A stretch of 25,000 nt of DNA from Takakia lepidozioides (GCA_030704615.1 JAKLZA010000091.1:1-25000), one strand, 5' to 3'. Shown: positions 9,991-23,128, numbered from the stretch's first letter. The notes: generated from the letters alone by a model not told the origin. A program made the numbers and translations.

Positions 9991-11889
9991 TAAAGACTTT
10001 CAACGAGGTCTGTGACAAGTTGAATGATTTATATCAAAATAGTAATGTTATCAATAAAAAACTGAGAGTGTACAAGTTCATATTATTGATTATGTAATAT
10101 AATGGATGAGCTGGTAAGTACTACTCGCACAACCATTAATGATAAAGATGCGTCAGCAAATCTTCCTTGTTCAGTACCAAAATCATTTGTTGGCTTTGTA
10201 ATGGTCCAAACCCATAGTTTGGGCACATTAACTGTTATTACCAAATTATTAATAAATGCGACGTAAGGGTAAAGATCCTAGAGACTGTGTCTAATTCATC
10301 ATTATTTAGTGATAAGAGATTTCAAAATTCAGAAAACCCAAATTTAATGTATTTGCACCTAATTCTACATTCAGTAAACCATCTCAATTTGCCAAATTTC
10401 CCCAAATGATGTGGTATTTTCATTGTAAACTCTTCGGCCATCAAAAAGATAGCTGATGAATTTTTGTTTTATTTAATACAATAGTTCTGTTTCTCATGAA
10501 GCCAAATTGGTGGTGACTTCTCTATTGGCTGAAATACCAATGTTTGGTTTGTTGTTTCTGGTGCATCACAACATATGATGTCACATATAGAATATTTTTT
10601 AACACTCGTAGCATCTGAAACCCCACAAGAATCATAACAGCCGCCTCAAATCTAAATCCTTGTTTTGGCCATTTGCAAATGCACTCTAACACCGGATTTC
10701 AATCCCTGGGCCCTATAATTGTTGAGAATATGGAATCTCATCCATGAATAAGTCTAGTACCTTCATGGCTATGACAAAAATCGATACAATAAATAATTTA
10801 TTCAATCCCTTGAAGATAAATTTATAGTACTAGGTGCCACAGGTGCCTATCGATGCCTCAAACCTTAGGCCACGTATGGCAACCTCTTCATATTTATTGT
10901 TTTCATTATGAAGAATTTATTTGTATATGGTTGGACCCTTCAAATTATTTACATGCAATTCCTAAGGTTGTCCTTAGCGACTTTTCTAATTATTTATTGC
11001 TTAATTATTCTTACACTTCTTTTTGTAAAACATGTGACTCACACTAATTCTAAATATTCACGCTTGTGTGACTTATAAAATGTACACGTGACATTTAAGG
11101 TAGAAGTGTTCTTTGATGCTCATCATGTATGACCTCCAATATCAAAGGTTGTAATCTATCAACCTTGAGCCTTGCATGTTCACACCTATGTTGTTATATA
11201 GGTCCAAACATTGTATCAATAAGGGTATATAATAGGGTATTTAATGCCCTACATGACTTGTATCAATTTATCAAATACTAGTCAACTATTGATATTGGGA
11301 TGAGATTGGGACGTATTGAAAGTTAGAGAAAAATACTTATATTGGGTTCGTTATGTAAGGCAATACCATGCTAATATTAGGGTAATTCCATTGTAATATT
11401 AGGTTACTTGCATGTATATAGACCTAATTAGTATCAAGATTGTAGAAAAAATTAACTATATTGACCCAACTTGTACCAAAAAGTTGACAAACTGGTATTA
11501 TTGATATTGCCCCATGTATTTTTCAAAGTGATACCTACAACATTGGTTCATACATTCACAAAGTCCTTTTGACATGAAAGGTCATTTAATTTACCAAAAA
11601 TCTTATTTGATGTAACTAAGTCTTTACTACTTATGAATCTACTACGTGCATAACCGTTATTTTTTGGAGGTCAGTAGGATCTGAAGAAACCTACCCTTCT
11701 AGATTACATGGAAAATATGAATTCTGATATTTACTGTTCTTACTAAATTCAATTTTATTATTTTGAAGGAAGTTGATACATCTATCTAGGGAACAATAAT
11801 GCCGATTTCTAAAATTTACTATCTTTAAATTTACTAATTTATAGTTTACTATTCAAAGAATTGGGTCGGTACTTGCTATATTTACTATT

Positions 11890-11937
11890 TAGGTAGACCG
11901 CACGAACAAACGTGAGAAAAGCTTTTTATAATATAGA
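11890..11937 (-). mobile_element. Probable Helitron 5' terminus
   Basis: The minus strand reads a|TCTATATTATAAAAAGCttttctCACGtttgttCGTGcgg: TC start after A with a TCTATA-rich leader typical of Helitron 5' ends. Confidence 0.45.
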
Positions 11938-12134
11938 TGTTTTCAACATTCCTGCAATGATGTTTCAAATATAGGGGAATTTAGGAATGTGTCACCTAAT
12001 TAATAGACCATAACACAATCATCTTTATGAGAGCATTGAAGCACAAAAAATCCATAGTAGCCCAAAATTTGGAGAATCCCAAGCATGTTGTCAACAGCTA
12101 ATTATCGTTAAAGTTGGCATTATCAAAATTGTGT

Positions 12135-15100
12135 TCAAAGTGTGCCCTCCATGAATGATGAATGATTTACGCCTTCCTCCAGAAAAAAAGTGATTGAAAC
12201 ATATACTTGTTTCATATAGAACAAATCAAAACCCTCCATATTGAAAATGTGAAGGATAGGCAATCCTTGGTACCCAAAAGACAACAAGGTCATCTCCCTC
12301 AATGTCAAATCCCCCATGCTTCCTTCTTCCACTTAAACTTGATACCTTGGTAAGACCTTCTTCATTAGTCCCTATAGCTTTTATTTTTTTACTGAACTGA
12401 TTCTCAATTAATACCTCATATTGTTTGAATCTTTCAAACTCCAGACTTGTGATTTGATAAGTAAACAACTGTAAATCTACAGGAATCATCTGGTGCCCTA
12501 TATGAATGATAAATGATTTACACCTTCAACTAGAAAAAAAAAAAACGATTCAAATATATATTTGTTTCATATAGAACAAAATCGAAATCCTCCATATTGA
12601 AAAGGTGGAGGATATGCAGCACTTGGCACCCAAAAGACAACAAGGTCATCTCTCTCAATTCCAAATACCCAATGCTTTCTTCTCTCACTTAACTTGATAC
12701 CTCGGTAAGACCTTCTTCATTAGTCCCTATAACTTTTATTTTTTTACTAAACTGATTCTCAATTAATACCTTATACTGTTTGAATCTTTCAAATTCCAGA
12801 CTTGTGATTTGATAAGTAAACAACTGTAAATCTACAGAAATCATCTGGTGCCGTACATAAATAATAAATGATTTACACCTTCCACTAGGAAAAAAATGAT
12901 TCAAATATATATTTGTTTCATATAGAACAAATCGAAACCTCCATATTGAAAAGATGGAGGATATGCAGCCCTTGGCATCCAAAAAACAACAAGGTCATCT
13001 CCCTCAATGCCAAATCCCCCATGTTTCCTTCTTCCACTTAAACTTGATACCCTGGTAAGACTTTTTCCATTAGTCCCTATGACATTTATTTTTAACTAAA
13101 CTGATTCTCAATTAGTACCTTATAGTGTTTGAATCTATCAAACTTCAGACTTGTGATTTGATAAGTAAACAACTGTAAATCTACAAAAATCATCTAGTGC
13201 CCTCTACAAATGATGAATAATATATAGCTTCCAACAGATTTTTTTTTTTTAAAGGGTTTTTTTTTTTTTCATATAAAACAAATCGAAACCCTCCATATTG
13301 AAAAAGTGAAGGACATACAACCTTTGGCTCCCAAAAGACAATAAGATCATCTCCCTCAATGCCGAATCCCCCATGCTTCCTTCTCCCACTTAACTTAATA
13401 CCTTGATAAGACATTCCCCATTAGTCCCTGTAACTTTTATTTTTTACTAAACTGATTCTCAATTAATACTTTATACTATTTGAATCTTTCAAACTCCAGA
13501 CTTGTGATTTGATAAGTAAACAATTATAAATCTACAGAAATCATCTGGTGCCCTCTATGAATGATTTATACCTTTCAACAGAAAAATAAAATAAAATAAA
13601 ATGAATAAATAAATTCAAATGTATGTTCTCATATAGAACAAATCGAAACCCTCCATATTTAAAAGGTGAAGGATATCCAACCATTGGCACCCAAAAGACA
13701 ACAAAGTCATCTCTCACTTTACTTGATACCTCGGTAAAACCTTCTTCATTAGTCCCTATAACTTTTATTTTTTTATTAAACTGATTCTCAATGAATATCT
13801 TATGCTATATGAATCTTTCAAACTCCAGACTTGTGATTTGATAAGTAATCAACTATAAATCTACAGAAATCATCTGATGCCCTACATGAATGATAAATGA
13901 TTTATACCTCCTACTAGAAAAAGAAATTGATTCAAATATATATTTATTTCATATAGAACAAATCGAAACCCTCCATATTAAAAATGTGAAAAATAAATAA
14001 AAATAAAAATAAAATGGAGGCTATGCAGCCCTTGGCACTCAAAAGATAACAATGTCATCTCTCACAATATCAAATCCCCCATGTTTTCTTCTTCCACTTA
14101 AACTTGATACCTTGGTAAGATTTTTTCCAGTAGTCCCTATGATATTTATTTTTTAACTAAACTGATTCTAAATTAGTTCCTTATAGGGTTTGAATCTCTC
14201 AAACTTCAGACTTGTGATTTGATAAGTAAACAACTGTAAATCTAGATAATCATCTAGTACCCTCCATGAATGATGAATGATTTACACCTTCCCACAAAAA
14301 CAATAAAATAAAATAAATGATTCAAATGTATGTTTGTTTCATATAGAACAAATCGAAACCCTCTATATTGAAAATGTAAAGGATCTTCAACCCTTGGCAC
14401 CCAAAAGAAAACAAGGCCATCTCTCTCAATGCCAAATCCTCAATGCTTCTTTCTCCCACTTAACTTTATACCTTGGTAAGACCTTTTCCATTAGTCTCTA
14501 TAACTTTTATTTTCTTACTAAACTGATTCTCAATTAATACCTTATACTGTTTGAATCTTTAAAACTCCAGACTTGAGATTTGAAAAGTAAACTACTGTAA
14601 ATCTACAGAAATCAAGGTGCGCCCTCCATGAATGATGAATAATTTACACATTTTCAACAGAAAAAAATAAAATGATTCAAATGTATACATGTTTCATATA
14701 GAACAAATCGAAACCCTCCATATTTAAAAGGTGAAAGATATGCAACCATTGGCACCCAAAAGACAAGAAGGTCATCTCCCTCAATGCCAAATCCCCCATG
14801 TTTCCTTCTCCCACTTAACTTTGATACTTTGGTAAGACCTTCTCCATTAATCCTATGACTTTTGTTTTTTTTATTAAATTGATTCTCAATTAGTACCTTA
14901 TACTGTTTGAATCTTTCAAACTCGAGAATTATGATTTGATAAGTAAACAACTGAAAAATCTAGAGAAATCATCTAGTGCCCTCCATGAATGATGAATGAT
15001 TTACATCTTCCAACAAAAAACAATATATTCAAATGTATATTTATTTCATATAAAACAAATTGAAACCCTGCATATTGAAAAGATGAAGTATATGCAACCC

Positions 15101-18100
15101 AAAAAACAACAATGTTATCTCCCTCAATGCCAAATCCCCCATGCTTTCTTCTCCCACTTAACTTGATACCTTGGTAAGACCTTCTCCATTAGTCCCTATA
15201 ACTGAACTAATTTTTAATTAATACCTTATATTGTTTGAATCTTTCAAACTTCAGACTTGTGATTTGATAAATATAAAAAAAATCATCTGGTGCCCTCCAT
15301 GAATGATGAATGATTTACACATTTTCAACAGAAAAAAAAAAAATGATTCAAATGTAAACATGTTTCATAAAGAACAATTTGAAATTCTCCATATTGAGAA
15401 GGTGGAAGATATGCAACCGTTGCATGTCACCCAAAAGACAACAAGGTCATCTCTCTCAATATCAAATCCCTTATGCTTCCCTCTTCCACATAACTTGATA
15501 CCTTGGTAAGACCTTCTCTATTGGTCCCTATAACTTTTATTTTCTTACTAAACTGATACTCAAATAATACCTTATACTGTTTGAATCTTTCAAACTCTAG
15601 ATTTGTGATTTGATAAGTAAACAACTGTAAATCTAGAGAAATCAAGGTGTGCCCTCCATGAATGATGAATAATTTACACATTTCCAACAAAAAAATAAAA
15701 ATTCAAATATATATTTGTTTCATATAAAACAAATCGAAACACTTCATATTGAAGAAGTAGAGGATATGCAGCCCTTGGCACTCAAAAGACAACAAGGTCA
15801 TCTCTCTCAATGCCAAATCCCCCATGTTTTCTTCTTCCACTTAAACTTGATACCTTGGTAAGATTTTTTCCAGTAGTCCCTATGACATTATTTTTTAACT
15901 AAACTGATTCTAAATTAGTTCCTTATAGGGTTTGAATCTCTCAAACTTCAGACTTGTGATTTGATAAGTAAACAACTGTAAATCTAGATAATCATCTAGT
16001 ACCCTCCATGAATAATGAATGATTTACACATTCCCACGGAAAAAAAAAATGATTCAAATGTATGTTTGTTTCATATAGAACAAATCGAAACCCTCCATAT
16101 TGAAAAATTGAGTGATATAAAACCCTTGGCACCCAAAAGACAACAAGGTCATCTCCCTCATTGCCAAATCTTCTATGTTTTCTTCTCCCACTTAACCTGA
16201 TACCTTGGCAAGACCTTATCTATTAGTCGATATAATTTTTTTTCTTCTTACTAAACAGATTCTCAATTAATACCTTATACTGTTTGAATCTTTAAAACTC
16301 CAGACTTGTGATTTGATAAATAAACAACTGTAAATCTAGAGAAATCATCTAGTACCATCCATGAATGATAAATGATTATACCTTCAAACAGCAAAAATAA
16401 TTATTCAAATGTATATTTGTGTCATATAGAATAAATCGAAACCTCCATATTGAAAAGGTGAAGGATATGCAACCCTTGGTACCCAAAAGACAACAAAGTC
16501 ATCTCCCTGAAAGCCAAATACCTCATGCTTCCTTCTCTCATTTAACTTGATACCTTGATAAGACCTTCTCCATTAGTTCCTATAACTTTTATTTTCTTAC
16601 TGAACTGATTCTCAATAAGTATATTAAACTGTTTGAATATCTCAAACTCCAAATTTGTGATTTGATAAGTAAACAATTGTAAATATAGAGAAATCATCTA
16701 GTACCCTCCATGAAAGATGAATGTTTTACACCTTCAATCAGAAAAAATATATATATATATATTCAAATGTATATCTGTTTCATATCGAACAAATCGAAAT
16801 CCTCCATATTGAAAATGTGAAGGATCTGCATCCCTTGACACCCAAAAGACAACAAGGTCATCTTCCTCAATGCCAAATCCCCAATGTTTCCTTCTCCCAC
16901 TTAACTTGATACGTTGGTAAGATTTTTTCCATTAGTCTCTATAACTATTATTTTCTTACTAAACTGATTCTCAATTAATACCTTATACTGTTTGAATCTT
17001 TAAAACTCGAGACTTTTGATTTGATAAGTAAACAACTGTAAATATACAGATATAATCTAATGCCTCTATGAATGATGAATAATTTACACATTTTCAACTG
17101 AAGAAAAAATATAATTCAAATATCTATTTGTTTCATATAACACAAATCGAAACCCTCCATATTGAAGAAGTGAAGGAGATGGAGCCCTTGCCACCCAAAA
17201 GACAACAATGTCATCTCCCCCAATGCCAAATCCCCCATGTTTCTTTCTTCTACTTAAACTTGATACACTGGTAAGATTTTTTCCATTAATCCCTACGACA
17301 TTTATTTTTTAATTAAATTGATTCTCAATTAGTACCTTATAGTGTTTGAATCTCTCAAACTTCATACTTGTGATTTGATAATTAAACAACTGTAAATCTA
17401 GAGAAATCATCTAGTACCCTTCATGAATAATGAATGACTTACACCTCCCAACACAAAAAAATAAAAATAAAATAAAATCAAATGTATATTTCTTTTATCT
17501 AGAACAAATCGAAACCCTCCATATTGAAAAGGTGAAGGATATGCAATCTTGGCACCCAAAAGACAACAAGGTCATCTCCCTCAATGCCAAAATCCCCCAG
17601 GCTTCATTCTTCTACTTAAATCCTATACCCTACTAAGACTTTTCCTATTAGTTCCTATGACATTTATTTTTAAACTGAACTGATTCTAATATTTTAAATT
17701 TCAGATTTGTGATTTGATAAGTAAACAACTGTAAATCTAGAGAAATCATCTAGTACCGTCCATAAATGATGAATGATTTACACCTTCCAACAGAAAAAAA
17801 ATAAAATAAAATGATTCAAATGTATATTTGTTGCTTATAGAACAAATCGAAACCCTCCATATTGAAAAGGTGAAGGATATGCAACCATTGGCACCCAAAA
17901 GACAACAATGTCATCTTCCTCAATACCAAATCCCCCATGCTTCTTTGTCCCACTTAACTTGATACCTTGGCAAGACCTTCTCCATTAGTCCGTATAACTT
18001 TTATTTTCTTACCGAACTGATTTTCAATTAATACCTTATATTGTTTGAATCTTTCAAATTCAACTTGTGATTTGATAAGTAAACAACTGTAAATCTATAG

Positions 18101-18498
18101 AAATCAAGGTGTACCCTCCATGAATAATGAATAATTTCCACCTTCCAACAAAAAAATAAAAATCAAAAAATAATTTTTAAATGTATGTTTATTTGATATA
18201 GAACAAATCGAAAACCTTCATATTGAAAAGGTGGAGGATATGCAACCCTTGGCATCCAAAAGACAACAATGTCATTTCTCTCAATGCCAAATCCCCCATG
18301 CCTCTTTCTTCTACTTATACTTGATACCCTAGTAAGACATTTTCTATTAGTCCCTATGACATTTTCTTTTTAAGTAAATTAGTACCCTATAATGTTTGAA
18401 TATCTCAAACTCCAGACTTATGATCTGATATATAAACAACTAAAAATCTAGATAAACCATCTAGTACCCTCCATGAATGATGAATGTTTTATACCTTC

Positions 18499-18535
<37 letters not shown>

Positions 18536-18869
18536 ATGTATATTTGTTGCATATAGAACAAATTGAAACCCTCCATATTAAAAATGTGAAGGATCTGCAA
18601 CCCTTGGCACCCAAAAGACAACAAGGTCATCTTCCTCAATGCCAAATCCCCTATGCTTCCTTCTTTTACTTAAACTTGATACCCTGGTAAGATTTTTCCA
18701 TTAGTCCCTATGACATTTTTTTTTAACTAAAATGATTCTCAATTAATACCTTATACTGTTTGAATATTTCTAACTCCAGACTTATGATTTGATAAGTAAA
18801 CAACTTTAAATCTAGAGAAATCATCTAGTACCCTCCATGAATGATGAATAATTTACACCTTCCACCAGG

Positions 18870-18901
<32 letters not shown>

Positions 18902-21900
18902 AATGAATATTTGTTTCATATAGAACAAATTGAAACCCTCCATATTAAAAATGTGAAGGATCTGCAACCCTTGGCACCCAAAAGACAACAAGGTCATCTT
19001 CCTCAATGCCAAATCCCCTATGCTTCCTTCTTTTACTTAAACTTGATACCCTGGTAAGATTTTTTCCATTAGTCCCTATGACATTTTTTTTTAACTAAAA
19101 TGATTCTCAATTAATACCTTATACTGTTTGAATATTTCTAACTCCAGACTTATGATTTGATAAGTAAACAACTTTAAATCTAGAGAAATCATCTAGTACC
19201 CTCCATGAATGATGAATAATTTACACCTTCCACCAGAAAAAAAAAAGAAAAAAAAAAAGAAGAAGATTCAAATGAATATTTGTTTCATATAGAACAAATC
19301 GAAAATCTCCATATTGAAAAAAGGAAGGATATGCAACCCTTGGGACCCAAAAGTCAACAAGGTCATCTCTCTCAATGCCAAATCCCCCATGCTTCTTTCT
19401 TCCACTTAAACTTGATACCCTGGTAAGACTTTTTCCTATTAGTCCCTATGACATTTATTTTTAACTAAACTGATTCTCAATTAATACCTTATAGGGTTTG
19501 AATCTCTCTAACTTCAGACTTGTGATTTGATATGTAAACAACTGTAAATCTAGAGAAATCATCTAGTACCTTCCATTAATGATGAATGATTACAACCTTC
19601 CAACTGAAAAAAAACAAAAAAAAAACAAATATATTTTTGTTTCATATAGAACAAATCGAAACCCTCTATATTGAAAAGGTGAAGGTTATGCAACCCTTAG
19701 CACCCAAAAGATAACAAAATCATCTACCTCAATGTCAAATCCCCTATGTTTTTTTTCTCCCACTTAGCTAGATACCTTGGGAAGGCCTTTTCCATTAGTC
19801 CCTATAACTTTTATTCTCTTACTGAACTGATTTTCAATTAATACTTTATAGTGTTTGAATCTTTCAAACTCCAGACTTATGATAAAAGTGATTCAAATGT
19901 AAACATGTTTCATATAGAACAGATCGAAATCTCTCCATATTGAAAAGGTGGAGGATATGCAACCTTTGGCACCCAAAAGACAATAAGGTCATCTCCCTCA
20001 ATGCCAAATCCCCCATGCTTCCTTTCCCCACGTAACTTGAAAGCTTGGTAAGACCTTCTCCATTAGTCCTTATAACTTTTATTTTCTTACAGAACTGATT
20101 TTCAAGTAATCCCTTATATTGTTTGAATCTTTCAAACTCCAGACTTGTTATTTGATAAGTAAACAACTATAAATCTAGAAAAATCATCTAGTACCATCAA
20201 TTACTAATGAATGATTTACACTTTTCAACAGAAAAAAGATGATTCAAATGTATATTTGTTTCATTTAGAACAAATCAAAACCCTCTATATTGAAAAACGG
20301 GAGGATATGCAACCCTTGGGACCCAAAAGACAACAAGGTCATCTCCCTCAATGTCAAATCCCACATGCTTTCTTCACCCACTTAACTTCATACCTTGGTA
20401 AGACATTTTCCATTAGTCCCTATAACTTTTAATTTCTTATTAAACTGATTCTCAATTAATACATTATACTGTTTGAATATTTAGAACTCCATACTTGTGA
20501 TTTAATAAGTAAACAACTGTAAATATAAAGAAATCATCAAGTGCCCTCCATGAATGATGAATAATTTTTCAAATTTCCAACAGAAATAATAATAACAATA
20601 ATAATAATAATTCAAATATATATTTGTTTCATATAGAACAAATCGAAAACCTTCATATTGAAGAACTTGAGGATATGGAGCCATTGGCACCTAAAAGACA
20701 ACAAGATCATCTCTCTCAATGCCAAATCCCACATGCTTCCTTCTTCTACTTAAACTTGATACCCTGGTAAGAAAAATTGAAAATATACTAATTAAACTCA
20801 GAATTTTTCAAACTTATTTTTTTTCCATTAAACTGATTCTTAATTAGTACATTATAGTGTTTGAATTTCTCAAACTTCATACTTGTGATTTGATAAGTAA
20901 ACAGTAAATCTACAGAAATTATCTAGTACCCTCCATGATAATGAATGATTTATACCTTCCAACAGAAAAAAATAAAAATAAAAATTCAAATGTATATCTG
21001 TTTAATATAAACCCTCCATATTCAAAATGTTAAGGATATGCAGCCTTTGGCACCCAAAAGACAACAAGGTCATCTCCCTCATGCCAAATCCTCCATGCTT
21101 CCTTGTTCCACTTATACTTGATACCTTGGTTACTTTTTCCATTAATCCTTATAACTTTTATTTTCTTATTAAACTGATTCTCAAGTTAATACTTAATACT
21201 GTTTGAATCTTTAAAACTCAAGACTTGTGATCTGATAAGTAAACAACTGTAAATATAATCATCTAGTACCCTCCATGAATGATGAATGTTTTATACCTTC
21301 CAACAGAAAAATAAAAATAAAAATAAAAATAATTCAAATGTATAATTGTCATATAGAACAAATCGAAACCCTTCATATTGAAAAGGTGAAGGATATGGAG
21401 CCCTTGGCACCCAAAAGACAACAAGGTCATCTCTCTCAATACCAAATTCTTCATGCTTCCTTCTTTTACTTAAACTTGATACCATGGTAAAAAAATTTCC
21501 ATTAGTCCCTATGACATTTTATTTTTAACTAAACTGATTCTCAATTAGTACCTTATACTGTTTGAATATTTCAAACTCCAGACTTATGATTTGATAAAAC
21601 TGTAAATCTAGAGAAATCATCTAGTACCCTTCATGAATGATGAATAATTTACACCTTCCACTTGAAAAAAAATGATTCAAATGAATATTTGTTTCATATA
21701 GAACAAATCGAAACCCTCCATATTGAAAATGTGAAGGATATACAACCATTGACACCCAAAAGACAACAAAGTCATCTTCCTCCTGCCAAATCCCCCATGC
21801 TTCCTTCTTCCACTTAAACTTGATACCTTGGTAAGACCTTCTCCATTAGTCTGTATAACTTTTATTTTTTTACTGAACGGATTATCTATTAATACCTTAA

Positions 21901-22544
21901 ACTGTTTCAATATTTTAAATTCCAGACTTGTGATTTGATAAGTAGACAACTGTAAAATCTAGAAAAATCATCTAGTGCCCTCCATGAATGATGAATGATT
22001 TACGCCTTCCACCAAAAAAATAGTGATTCAAACGTATACTTGTTTCATATAGAACAAATCGAAACCCTGCATATTGAAAAGTTGAAGGATAGGCAACCCT
22101 TAGCACCCTGGTAAGACTTTTTCCATTAGTTCCTCTGATTTTTATTTTTTAACTAAACTGATTCTCAATTAGTACCTTATAGTGTTTGAATCTCTCAAAC
22201 TTCAGACTTGTAATTTGATAAGTAAACTTTAAAGAACTGTAAATCTAGAGAAATCATTTAGTACTCTCCATGAATGATGAATAATTTACACCTTTCAACA
22301 GAAAAAATAAAAATAAAAATAAAAATCAAATGTATATCTGTTTCATATAGAACAAATCGAAACCCTCTATATTGAAAATGTAGAGGATATGCAACCCTTG
22401 GCACCCAAAAGACAACAAGGTCATCTCCCTCATGTCAAATCCCTCATGTTTCCTTGTTCCACTTAAACTTGATACCCTAGTAAGACTTTTTCCATTAGTC
22501 CTTATAACTTTTATTTTTTAACTAAACTAATTCTCAATTAGTAC
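12135..22544. repeat. Tandem satellite array, about 30 units of ~350 bp, partly derived from Ty1/Copia integrase
   Basis: The marker atagaacaaatcgaaaccctccatattg recurs about 30 times from ~12215 to ~22347. The minus strand of each unit reads SVGRCKSFII/LDDFSRFTVVYLSNHKSGV/FERFKQYKVLIENQFSKKIKVI(G/R)TNGEG, matching the Copia rve consensus S.GG.RYF..FIDDFSR.TWVY.LK.KSEVF..FK.FK..VENQ..KKIK..RTDNGGE. Confidence 0.95.
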
Positions 22545-22551
22545 GTACTAA

Positions 22552-22680
22552 TGTGGGTTCATCGAGGATGCAAAGGCACTGTTTGATAAGATGGCTGCAC
22601 AAGCATGGAATGTGATGATCGCAGGATATGCCCAGCAGGGTCACGGGATGGAGGCTTTGGATACCTATGAGCAAATGAGG
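22552..22680 (+). pseudogene. PLS-class pentatricopeptide repeat gene fragment
   Basis: CGFIEDAKALFDKMAAQAWNVMIAGYAQQGHGMEALDTYEQMR matches the plant PPR consensus KCG..EDA..LFD.M...(DVVS)WN.MIAGYAQHG...EAL..YEQM. Confidence 0.88.
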
Positions 22681-23066
22681 GTACCACCGACAGTTTGGAG
22701 GCTGTGATGGCTGCATATGTGTGGGGAAAAAGAAGCGAAGGGATAGAGTGTGGCCAGATTTCAGGCATAAGATTACTTATGATTCCCTGTGAATCAATAG
22801 CTACTAGCAACCTGCATGGGTAGATGGTCAACTAGAAGCTGCAGCAGCAGCAACACAATTGATAAATTCAGGCACTGCTAATGAAGGCACCTTCTTCAAC
22901 ACATTTCACCCTGTTTTTCCCTCTTATCAGAATCGGCCTTGAATTTTCATGTTGAATTCTGCAAGTTAGCTGGTTGAGTGAACCTTTGATAGTTTGGAGT
23001 GACTGACTGATATTGCCAATGTGACACAGGAAAGTATCCAGAAACAGATAACAGAGACAAGGAAAC

Positions 23067-23128
23067 CAGGAGTTGTGGAATGAATACTTTTCTGACCCCA
23101 ATCAATGGTGGGACAATCGAGGCAAAAG
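23067..23128 (+). pseudogene. OSB-type 'PDF' motif exon fragment, copy 1
   Basis: QELWNEYFSDPNQWWDNRGK followed by AG|GTAAAT donor-like site. Matches the first half of the PDF motif of plant organellar ssDNA-binding (OSB) proteins (W..FF..P.QWWDNR..K). Confidence 0.75.

Larger units (their letters stand above)
6381..10015 (+). mobile_element. Decayed formerly autonomous Helitron (truncated at both ends; helicase domain not seen)
   Basis: Starts with the sequence that ends the SSB-like ORF in copies B/C (cgtagtttgataaatcattgaacaaactgtgtacaacattgaaaataaatatcaatatc), followed by the minisatellite and the Rep coding remnants. Confidence 0.88.

Noticed and set aside
4435-11937. Single 7.5-kb minus-strand Helitron from TC (11937) to CTAG (4435)
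   Set aside because: The internal Rep is on the opposite strand and nothing links the two ends; nested independent insertions are simpler.
12135-21949. Numerous 60-100 aa ORFs in the array as a real gene family
   Set aside because: Start, stop and frame differ from unit to unit. They are chance open segments of a frameshifted integrase-derived monomer.
12135-22544. CRISPR-like array (conserved repeat with variable spacer) or 5S rDNA array
   Set aside because: The conserved part is ~320 bp, the variable slot is simple A/T sequence, no cas genes are present and the context is eukaryotic. No 5S rRNA or tRNA sequence is recognisable in the unit.
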